This document shows, piece by piece, positions 52,494 through 64,000 of a stretch of DNA of 64,000 bases (position 1 is its first letter; each line of letters starts with the position of its first letter). Location of the stretch: positions 325,562,001-325,626,000 of the forward strand of contig OZ024741.1 of assembly GCA_964016885.1 (NCBI GenBank). Direction: 5' to 3'. Position numbers and translations under genes: made by a program. Origin of the DNA: Eledone cirrhosa (Eukaryota). The notes under the pieces are model-generated. The model made no database searches. It saw only the letters and a list, made by a program, of their open reading frames with translations, and had not been told where the DNA came from.

Positions 52494-52999
52494 GACATAC
52501 CACCCAGATTGGGGTGCAGAGTGTGTCACTTTCTCCTCCCTTATCCTTTCAGTATTTAATTTTTTTCTTTTTCATTGCAAACATTATATAATTTGATATA
52601 TTTGGTGATGGTCATTTTGATAATTGTACCAACAAAAAAAAAACGCACTGTTCGATTTTCAGTTCAGCGTTATTATTAGCTAATAGTTAATTCGTCAAAG
52701 CTCTATCGTCACACATACTATGTCCTCTTCAAGGACATTTGTTCTTCTCTTTGTCTCCTCTTCTTTTTGGTCAATCTGTTTACTTCATGGAACGTGTATG
52801 AAAGTAGATTGCTAAAAATATAATGATAAATTATTTCATCCAATTCTTCGTTAATCCACTGTCTCCTTAAATTTTCTTCATTCACTCATTCTTTACTTTT
52901 CCTTTTTATTTCTTCTCTCTTCCTAACATTTATATTTCATTCTTCACTTTCATTCTTCTCATGTCACGTAAATTAGGCGTAATTATGATCCTATACATA

Positions 53000-53221
53000 G
53001 TGGTTTCTGATTTAGGCACAATGCCAACAAATTGTTTTTTTGGCGGGAGGAGAGAGTTGATTAAATTGACCCCAGTGCGTTACTAGTACTATAATTCATT
53101 GACTGCAAGGATGAAAGGCAAAGCTAACTTCGGCGGGATTTGAACGCAGAACGTAAAGGGAGGGAACTATATGTCGCAAAGCATGTTGTCCGAATCTCTA
53201 CCGATGCTGCCAATCCACTGC
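53000..53221 (-). mobile_element. tRNA-derived SINE, longer variant
   Basis: Family core, A and B boxes on the minus strand. Confidence 0.8.
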
Positions 53222-53440
53222 CCTTCATATAATTCACGGTCCTATACATAATAAATTCACTTTTGTTCCTGATCTGATATCAGCGTGCGATTTCTAACAT
53301 AGCCTAGAGTTTAACCAAGCCTTGTGAGTGAGTGCCATTTGGTTGATGAAAACTGCGTCGAAGCCCAACGAATCGGCTGTATCTGTCTTTGGACGACAAA
53401 ATTAATCCATTGTTCGGTTTGTGATCTAAGATCATCGACA

Positions 53441-53535
53441 ATAACAACGAATGGTCCCGTCCAGCCGGCAATGTAGTGGTGGGCACGGTGGGAATGTAAA
53501 TCAACAGAGGTTGTGGAGTTTTACACAGATTACAT

Positions 53536-53586
<51 letters not shown>

Positions 53587-54040
53587 TACCATCATCATCA
53601 CAATCATCACCATCATCATCATCATCATCATCATCATTACCATCATCATCACATTCATCATAATCATCATAATCATCATCACCATCATCATCAACAACGA
53701 ATGTTCTCGTTCAGCTGGCAATGTAGTGGTGGTCACGGCTGGAATGTAAGCCAACAAATGTTCTGGAGCTTCAATGTAGTAGTGGTCATGGCTGGAATAT
53801 AAGCCAACAGATGTTGTGCAGCTTCAATGTAGTGGTGGTCATGGTGGGAATGTAAGTCAACAGATGTGATGGTCATGGTGTGAATGTAAGCCAACAAATG
53901 TAGTGGTGGTCATGGTGGGAATGTAAATCAACAGAAGATGTAGAGCTTCAATGTAGTGGTGGTCATGGTGGAAATGTAAGTCAACAGATGTAGTGGTGGT
54001 CATGGTGGGAATGTAAGTCAACAGATGTTGCAGAGCTTCC
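53441..54040. repeat. ~35-55-bp minisatellite (ATGTAGTGGTGGTCATGGTGGGAATGTAAGTCAACAG) interrupted by (CAT)n at ~53537-53693
   Basis: Direct reading. Confidence 0.88.
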
Positions 54041-54309
54041 CACTGATTACACGTCTCATGAAAAATCAATGCTGAATATGTTTCAGGCATCTCCATTATA
54101 TCTAAGAACTTAAAGAAGCCATCTTAGTTAAACGGAGAGAAAGATGGAGAATTCGTTTCTTTATATGTATATATATATTTGTATGTGTGTATGTGTTTGT
54201 GTGAGTGTGAATCTATGCGTGTGAGTGTATGTGTATGTATATTTGTATGTGTGTGCGCTTGTGTGACTGTGTGTGAATGTATGTGTGTATTTGAGTGTAT
54301 GTGTGTATG

Positions 54310-57300
54310 TATGTATGTTTCTCTCTCTTAATTTCGAGTACATTTTTGACCGGCCATCTACCTGGTGTGTGTATGTATGTATGTTTTCTCTTTCTCTTAA
54401 TTTCGAGTATATTTTTTTGACCGGCCACCTTCCTGGTGGCAAGGTTGTAAAAGAAAAGAAATTGTCATCCCTTGAATCGCAAGAATGTATGCAAATTTTG
54501 AAGGTGCCAGCTATCGCAGCCATCTGCAGACTATGAATTAGGGAGCTGCGCTTTTTGTCCGCAAATCCAAGTCCAGTCATACTTTGGTCCAAGCGGGTTG
54601 GTATATAACCCGTAGCACCAATAATGATGGGTATGAAGCTAAAGGTGTATCTTGGATACTGGATTTGTAAACTCCTCATCAATGGTCCGTAGATGTCCTC
54701 CTTCTCCTGTATTTTTCTGACAACGTTTACATCAAGTGGGCAGCTGATCTCCACAACAGAACACGTTTTCAATGTGTGGTCCCAAACTACAATATCAGGC
54801 CGGTTGTGCTTTAATTTGGTGGCAGTTTTTATTTTCAGGTTCCACCAGTATTCCTTAGTGCCATCTGTCTCAATATATTCTTCCTCGTTTGTTGTTAATT
54901 TTGTTTTCCGAAGTGAGTTCCAAATGGTTCTAGCTATCCCATCGTGTCTCATGGGGAGGTAGTAGCGAGATGACATTCTTTCGCAGCTGGCAACAATGTG
55001 GCTTACATCCTCGATCTTTGTTTTACATAGCCTACATTTATTGTCAGCTGCTGGCCCTCCTCTTTTGTGCAGCAGATATTTGGTAGGGAGTTCTTGTTCC
55101 TGTATTGCATAGAGATATCCCTCAAGGTGTGATGTCATAAACTTGTCGGAACTCCATGCCAGGCTTTTTGAGTGGTTTATCCCCTCTATGGTCTGTGTTT
55201 TACGCCTCAAGTATCCATGCACAACTTTTTCTGTAAATTGGTCAATTTTCTTATCTTGTTTGAACATTGAATAGGATCTTCCGATTTCTCTGGGTGAGAG
55301 ATTTATATCAGGCTTTATTCCATATCTCTCCTCCAGATCAGTCGCTATTCTAATGATATTTCTTTTTTCATGCTCATAAACCTGGGCAAGATGGTTGCCA
55401 ACCTTTTTCCTCTGTTGAAGGTGTTGCTTCAGTGTTACTATCCGGGTCTCATATGTTGTTAATATTGATTTTAGACCCCGGCCACCTTCCTTGCGTGAGA
55501 AGTATAGCCTATCCACATCACCATTGATCTTAAAGTTGCCAGTAACACTGAGAAGTTTTCGAGTTCTAACATCCATCTCACTTAGTTCTTGCAATGACTA
55601 GTTCAGTAGGCCAAATGTTGGCGTTAGAATTGGCACAGCATAAGTATTGTGGGCAATGTATTTGTTGTATCCTGACAGTTCTGATGACCATATTTTCTTT
55701 ACTCTTCTGAGGTATTCAGTTCTGGTTCTCTCCTTATTTATGGGTCCATCATATCTGACATTCTCATCCTGTCCAAGATATCTGTAGTTGTCACCTGACT
55801 GCAGAGGTTGTATTGTCAGGCCGTTCATCTCTAGATTTCTAGAGGAGGGCACAGCTCTTCCACGTTTTACTGCCAAATATGCACACTTGGACTCACCAAA
55901 TTTCATTTTGATGTCGGTTGAAAATTGTGTAATGAGGTCCAATTATTTCTTGATGTCATTGATATTTGGCCCATACAACTTCAGGTCATCAACAAAGAAA
56001 AGATGGGAGATACTTCTGGGCCCACTTCTTTGTCCACCTTGTTTCCTGAGTAGGTAAGATAGTGGATTCAGTGAGAGAACGAAGAGTAGCACTGACAAGC
56101 TATCACCCTGAAAGATGCCCTTCTGGTAATGTATCTTATCAGTCTTAACCTGCTCCTTCTCACATCTAAGGATCAAATTGGTGTACCAGTTCTTGGTCAG
56201 GCGTTCAACAGCAGCTACCAATGGATGTGGGACTTTAGCTAACTGTAAAGCCTTAATAATCCACCCATCAAATGCTTTTTGATAGTCCAGCCACACGACA
56301 GTCATGTTTCTGCGATTCTTTGTTGTTTTTTCCTGAATCATTTTGTTAGTTAGTAGGTGATCTATGCAACCCCACACCTCCCTCTTTCCACCAGCTTGCT
56401 CAGGTGTTATGATGTTGTTGGTAGCACAGTGATCCTGTAAAAACAGGTTAAGGCACCCAGTATATAATTTATACATGATGTTTTGGCAGGCAATTGAGCG
56501 GTAATTTTTAGCAAGGGTGGTTTGGCTATTTTGGGGAATGAGGAGAGTAGTGGCAGTTGATAACCATCTGGGCAGTTCTTGTGTGCCCTTAATGGTTTCT
56601 GTAAACAGCCGTATGAGATCTTGCCGATAGAAAGTGAAATTCTTCAACCAGTATCCTGTAATGAGGTCTGGGCCTGGTGATTTCCTATTCGACATTTTCT
56701 GTAGAGCTGTTTCCAGTATTGACCCATCTATGTCATATTGTTTTGTCTGGACATGTTGGCAGTAGTCCTGTTCCAGTTCTTTTAGCCAATTAGCTTGTCT
56801 GTTGAATCCGTCATCCGTTTCCCATACAGGTCTCCAGTAGCTCCCAACCTGTTCTTTTGAAGGGGTGTCGTTTACAGGGATTGAGCTTTTGCCACCGAAG
56901 CTGCGATAAACTGATTTATGATCTCTGGCAAACAATCTATTTAGCAGTTGTCGTTTATGTGCTATTGACTTATATTTTAGTCTTTCTGTTGTAGCTGTGA
57001 GTTGTTGTTTCAACTGGTGTAATTTGGAGTTCAAAGTTTTAAATTTTGTATCTCCAAATCGTCTCTCTAACTTTTTCATTAGGTCTTCCTGGTGTCGTGT
57101 GAAGTTGCTCTCTATGTTGCATTTCATAACGACTGCGATGTGTGAGATACTTCGTCTCAGGGACAAAAATTTGGTTTTTAAATTTCGCATCCACGCTGGT
57201 TCAGGCTTTCTGTTTGTATCTTGATTGCGTGGTTTTAGATGTGTGTTATATGATAGCAATGTGACAGCTGAAACATACAACAAAACATTAAGCGTTTCAA

Positions 57301-58547
57301 ATGTCGTTTCTACACCTTTAGATCGTATAGCCTTCAGATAATTGCCAGCTATTTCGTTCACCGCTTCCAATTCCAATTTAATGGGTTCTTTACTGACTCT
57401 AGTGTTGTATGGTCTGTCACTCACATTAAGGCTGTGTATCTCTTGAAACATATCGTTCCATATCACTTGTAGGGTGCCCACAAGTTTTTGGTGCTCTGTT
57501 TGTTCAGTAGAGTCATGAATTTCAACCTCGTTGTTGATGTGGTGACAATTACTACTAGAGTCAGCTGACCTTTCTCGCTGTTCTTCAGTGGAAGTGGGAT
57601 GGATTTCAGCAAAATTGTTGGTGAGCTGTTCACTGTTAGATTTAGCTGGCCATTCTCTTTGTCTGTCAGTGGAGGTGGGGTGGTTGTCTACAAGAGCTGT
57701 ACTTGTAGTATCACTCAATTCCGTTAGATGTATCAATTTACATCTAATGATACGTTTTGCCTGTTCATTTAAATGCTTTGGAGAAAAGTCTAATTCTGGG
57801 TGTTTGGAGTTCCATAAAGTTTTTAGCCTTTGCATAAAACCGAACTTTTGGGGTTCAGATTGTTTGTATACTTCATATAATACTTTGTTAAGCTCGTAGC
57901 TCCACTGTGTACAACGGTTGTAGTTGCGATTTGGTCGAAGGAGACTTGTACTTTTTGCCATGATGAGTTCGTCTATTCACTAATATTTCGTATTTATTTT
58001 TCAAAATAGTCGATGATCTTCTTTAAAAGTTACGACAAAGTTCTGTCAGAATCAAATTTAAAGTTATTCACAGCTTGGGTAATATTTCTTTTCAGTTAGT
58101 TTTTAATTCTACAACTGTGTTTTAAACGTTGTTCTTGAATCGTTTGAATCGAGAACAAAAAGAACCGTTACTTAGTATATTTCTTTATGAATGTAATATA
58201 ATATAACAACGCGGTATTTATATGTTAAAGTTTATGTATCATTCATATAAATAGGTGTTCTACAACCTATTCACAACATATTCACAGTTTAAACACTTAT
58301 ATTTTTGTTTCTGAATCGAAAACGTTACTTGTATATTTCTTTATACATGTAATATAACAACGTTGCATTTATATGTTAAAGTGTATGTATCGTTCATATA
58401 TCATAAGTGTATGTATCGTTCATATAAATAGGTGTTTTACAACACACTTACAGTTCAAACACTTATGTAGAATTATTGTATGTAATCTTACCGCGTAATG
58501 TAGCTCAACTTTTTCCAATATATGGTATGTTGCCTTCATGTAAGCCG
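54310..58547 (-). mobile_element. Second, divergent R4-type non-LTR retrotransposon, near full length, with ATGT repeats at both ends
   Basis: RT-RLE reading frame; 3' end runs into ACATACATACATAC; 5' end abuts (ATGT)n at 58548. Confidence 0.82.
54480..57961 (-). pseudogene. RT-RLE ORF with two in-frame stops (55943-55945 and 55598-55600)
   Basis: Three ORFs in one frame; WSYELN, KSPGPD, WLDYQKAFD, GIFQGDSLS, FFVDDLKL, CRLC...HIVASC, HNRPDIVV...VEISCP. Confidence 0.9.
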
Positions 58548-58616
58548 TATGTATGTATGTATGTATGTATGTATGTATGTATGTATGTATGTATGTATGT
58601 ATGTATGTATGTATGT

Positions 58617-60567
58617 AGGGCAAAGGAGCTCTTAAGAGTCAATGGCCATCCAAAATCACCGGGAGAGATGACCCCTTAGCCTTTGTCAAGGCAGAATTCT
58701 AGGAGAAGGAAAACTCTGATATAACACCTGCAACCCTGATGGTATCCAATGATGTTGACTTGTTCTTCTTTTTGGTAAATATCATCTTGGTTAAGAGAGT
58801 GGGACTGGCTTTGTGCAGTGCCTTTGCTCACTATAAAAGCTTCACAGCACAGGCATTGCTTTATATCTGGAGATCTCTCTGCACTTGTCATCACATGGTA
58901 CCATGGGCCCTGCACTATGTGTCAATAATGGTCACAAGTGTAGTCTTTGTACCAGAGTTTTCAAGTCGCTGGCTGGACTAAAAAGTCACATTCGTTCAGC
59001 GCATCGGTAGGGGTTCTCCTACATGGATATAAAGTAGTGGCCGTACTCGAAAACGAGTTGGCAGCCACCATGTATGTATGTATGTGTCAGGTCACCAGTT
59101 GGTGCTACTGGTAACATGTATCCCAGTACAACCTTTCTCATGGTCGGGTCGTTGGCGACTAAACTGGCAACCCCACCAAGGTTTCTTGGTGAGGAGGGTG
59201 GCTTTGGACATCCTGTAGTGTTTGTACCAGAGTTTTCAAGTCGCTGGCTGGACTAAAAAGTCACACTCGTTCAGCGCATCGGTAGGGGTGCTCCTACATG
59301 GATATAAAGTAGTGGCCGTACTCGAAAACGAGTTGGCAGCCACCATACATGCATGTATGCATTCATGCATGTGTGTATGTATGTATGTATGTATGTATGT
59401 ATGTATGTATGTATGTATGTATGTATGTATGTATGTATGTTCTTATGGTTTTATAATTTCACAATTTTTTACCAATAGAGAATCCGTTTCTACCATAGAC
59501 ACAAGACTCTCTTATTGAAATTTACACAATATCAACTAGTTGGTGCTACTGGTAACATGTATCCCAGTACAACCTGTCTCATGGTCAGGTCGTTGGCGAC
59601 TAAACTGACAAACCCACCAAGGTTTCTTGGTGAGGAGGGTGACTTTGGACATCCCGCAGGACTAAAATCAAAACCTGTCAAAGGGCAAAGGAGCTCTTAA
59701 GAGTCAATGGCCATCGAAAATAACCGGGAGAGATGACCCCTTAGCCTTTGTCAAGGCAGAATTCTAGGAGAAGGAAAACTCTGATATAACACCTGCAACC
59801 CTGATGGTATCCAATGATGTTGACTTGTCTTTCTTTTTGGTAAATATCATCTTAGTTAAGAGATTGGGACTGGGTTTGTGCAGTGCTCACTATAAAAGCT
59901 TCACGGCACAGGCATTGCTTTATATCTGGAGATCTCTCTGCACTTGTCGTCACATGGTACCATGGGCCCAGCACTATGTGTCAATAATAGTCACAAATGT
60001 AGTGTTTGTACCAGAGTTTTCAAGTCGCTGGCTGGACTAAAAAGTCACACTCGTTAAGCGCATCGGTAGGGGTTCTCCTACATGGATATAAAGTAGTGGC
60101 CGTACTAAAAAACGAGTTGGCAGCCACCATGTATGTATGTATGTATGCAAAATCTTCCGCGAGAGATGACCCCTTAGCCTTTGTCAAGGCAGAATTCTAG
60201 GAGAAGGAAAACTCTGATATAACACCTGCAACCCTGATGGTATCCAATGATGTTGACTTGTTATTCTTTTTGGTAAATATCATCTTGGTTAAGAGAGTGG
60301 GACTGGCTTTGTGCAGTGCCTTTGCTCACTATAAAAGCTTCACGGCACAGGCATTGCTTTATATCTGGAGATCTCTCTGCACTTGTCGTCACATGGTACC
60401 ATGGGCCCAGCACTATGTGTCAATAATTGTCACAAGTGTAGTGTTTGTACCAGAGTTTTCAAGTCGCTGGCTGGACTAAAAAGTCACACTCGTTAAGCGC
60501 ATCGGTAGGGGTTCTCCTACATGGATATAAAGTAGTGGCCGTACTCGAAAACGAGTTGGCAACCACC
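58617..60567 (+). mobile_element. Cluster of four RTE-derived elements (58617-59069 5'-truncated; 59092-59344 internally deleted; ~59533-60128 full; ~60160-60567 5'-truncated), each ending in an ATGT-type tail
   Basis: Collinear with 40536-41135; all end GAGTTGGCA(G/A)CCACC followed by the tail. Confidence 0.88.
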
Positions 60568-61000
60568 ATGTATGTATGCATTCATGCATGTATGTATGTA
60601 TGTATGTATGTATGTATGTATGTTCTTCTGGTTTTATAATTTCACAAATTTTTGCCAATAGAGAGAGAGAGAGTCGGTTTCTAACATAGACACAAAACTC
60701 TCTCATTGAAATTTACACATCAACTAGGTAGTTATGTCTGAATGTCTGCATGCATGTATGGGCAGGTATGGATGTTATTGTATGTGTGAATGTGTATGTT
60801 TTGAGTTGTATGTGTGCATATGCATACTGTATGTGTGCATGTATGTATGTATGTTCTTCTGGTTTTATAATTTCACACATTTTTTCCCAATAAGCGTAGC
60901 AGAACCCAGCCATTTTTCAAGATTTCTCTCAGAAGAGGCACACAGAGGAAGTGCCGAATATAAATACGATTATGATGCTAGAAAACATATACATCCATAT

Positions 61001-61205
61001 ATAATAATAATAATAATTGTTTCTACTATTGGCACAAGGCCAGTAATTATCCCAGTGCATTACTGGTACTTTATTTTATAGACCACGTAAGGATGAAAGG
61101 CAAAGTTAACCTCGGCGGGATTTGAACTCAGAATGGCAAGGGTAGTAACTCTACGCGTTAAAGCATGACGTCCGACCCTCTACCGATACTGCCAATTCAC
61201 CGCCC
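61001..61205 (-). mobile_element. Full-length tRNA-derived SINE
   Basis: Head GGCGGTGAATTGGCAGTATCGG, B box, core, (ATT)n tail. Confidence 0.9.
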
Positions 61206-61349
61206 TATATATATAATAATAATAATAGTCATAAGAATAATTATGTTAATAATGGTAGGCTAGGTACATAGCTAAGTTTCATACGCACAGATAAAGAGAG
61301 AGAGAGAGAGGGATGTATCCAGAAAACATACATACATACTTACTTCTAG

Positions 61350-61406
61350 CTGTCTGATGAGGTCATAAATCTTGCATAACGGTTGTCACCGAAATATATA
61401 TAACAG
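61350..61406 (+). ncRNA. Minimal hammerhead ribozyme with a (TA)-repeat stem III
   Basis: CTGT-CTGATGA-GGT...ACC-GAAA-TATATA-TA-ACAG. Confidence 0.68.
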
Positions 61407-61411
61407 TGATA

Positions 61412-61498
<87 letters not shown>

Positions 61499-61536
61499 CT
61501 TGCATAACGGTTGTCACCGAAATATATATAACAGTG

Positions 61537-62573
<1,037 letters not shown>

Positions 62574-62575
62574 CA

Positions 62576-62632
62576 CTGTTATATATATTTCGGTGACAAC
62601 CGTTATGCAAGATTTATGACCTCATCAGACAG
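62576..62632 (-). ncRNA. Inverted copy of the (TA)-stem hammerhead
   Basis: Reverse complement of 61350-61406. Confidence 0.68.
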
Positions 62633-62703
62633 CTAGAAGTAAGTATATATATATATTATGAAAATAAAACAAAGAAGCCTTCAATACATCAAAAGTTTTT
62701 ATT

Positions 62704-62742
62704 AGCCAACAATGTTTCGTCCTATTAAGGACTCATCAGGGC
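62704..62742 (-). ncRNA. Minimal hammerhead ribozyme in a minus-strand PLE-like 3' region (~62657-63380)
   Basis: GCC-CTGATGA-GTCC-TTAATA-GGAC-GAAAC-ATT-GTT-GGC followed by AATAAA. Confidence 0.85.
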
Positions 62743-63380
62743 AATTAAAACTACAAGAAGCACTATCGGCCAATACAAGCCGAAAACTCAGAAGAATATG
62801 GAGTGTACATACAATAAAGTATTGGAAGATTATGGGTAAAAATATATAATAAAAATCACTAAGGAGGTGGATAACATTTTGAACCATATTACAAATATAG
62901 TCCAAAGCAAAAAACTAGAGCTAAACAAAGGTGGTTATATAGAGCGGGAATTGTAGTACTATATGTATATAATACAATATAATATAATATAATATAATAT
63001 ACTTGTAACAATATTAAAATTAAAATTAAAATTAAAAGGCACAATATACATATGCATATATATACACACACGTACGCACATATACATATACATCAATACA
63101 CATTTCCATCATTAACAGCACAAATTAAACCTGATTAAGAGTTTAAATATAAATAAGCATAATAGGAATAAAAATAAAAATAATACGTATATATAATATA
63201 CAGTATAACATGAAGTAATGAAATGATTAAAAGTAAAACATATAATATATAATAAACTATATAATTATATAATATATAATATAATATAATAGATAATCTC
63301 CGGTTAATTTACACAAACAATATAGATGTCACAATAACACTATAATAATAATATAATAATATATAATATATAATATATAT

Positions 63381-64000
63381 AAGTTAACCCACCGGACTCG
63401 TAATAGGGAATCTAATACCTCTAGGAATCAAGTCGAACCCTCTGAGCGCACACTCATTGGTGATGCTTTTGCTAGATCTAATTCTAATAATGTTGTTTCT
63501 ACTGATCCTATTATTGGCCCTAATCCTTTTGATAGGATTCCAGACAGCAGCAGATATACTAAAGGTAGAAACAGAAAGAGACTTAATGGAATTTCGGCTG
63601 ATTCTAATAATGTGGTTTTAACTAATCCTTGTAGTAACCCTAGTCTTAATAATGGAATATTGGATAATGGTAGAGTCGGAAAGGATAAAAATAGAAGGAG
63701 ACTAAATACTTATTTTAACCCGCCATATAATCAGGAAGTATTAACTAATATCCCTAGGTCTTTCTTTTCTATCTTAGAGAAAAATTTCCCCCCTTCTCAT
63801 AAATACCATAGTATTTTTAATAAAAATGTAATTAAACTTTCATTCTCTACCACCCCTAATATTAGTTCTCATTTAGCTAGCACTAACAATAGGAAAATTA
63901 GGGATAGATACTCCTCTCTACATACTACTAGTCAGAACAGATCTGCAAATGCCTTACCACCAGGGCAGACCTTATCTAATAGTAATCCTACGTGTAATGC
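63381..64000 (+). mobile_element. Naiad-type PLE ORF fragment (RT-endonuclease linker), open to the window end
   Basis: Manual translation ...YFNPPYNQEVLTNIPRSFFSILEKNFPPSHKYHSIFNKNVIKLSFSTTPN...PTCN, homologous to 42154-42420. Confidence 0.8.

Noticed and set aside
37520-53440. Host gene exons in the unique AT-rich stretches
   Set aside because: No recognisable protein motif or supportable exon; small exons cannot be excluded without RNA data
53513-53757. Poly-Ile and poly-Met ORFs
   Set aside because: (CAT)n microsatellite
54161-54480. C-terminal extension of the 477-aa ORF
   Set aside because: Read-through into 3' UTR and microsatellite, probably after a terminal frameshift

Overview
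Eukaryotic, AT-rich DNA made almost entirely of repeats, with no recognisable host gene. The tRNA-derived SINEs and long (TA)n, (TTA)n and (ATGT)n tracts suggest a mollusc such as an octopus (inference only). Contents: (1) a full-length but frameshifted Helitron (1480-8462) inserted at an AT site in a fold-back element; (2) a 17-kb array of six copies of an R4/Dong-type non-LTR retrotransposon (16700-33779), two with intact 1130-aa ORFs, inserted into the short (TTA) tract of a ribozyme-bearing repeat; (3) a second R4-type element flanked by (ATGT)n; (4) a degenerate RTE-like LINE with a 14-bp TSD, five copies of a 600-bp RTE-derived element, and a CRE-like fragment; (5) many SINEs; (6) several Penelope-like (PLE) or retrozyme-like families carrying about 10-12 minimal hammerhead ribozymes (HHRs). 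The most notable pattern is that the HHR-bearing elements sit in (TA)n tracts, often end at internal TATA microhomology with the tract, and recur as head-to-head fold-backs. All alignments and RNA folds were done by eye.
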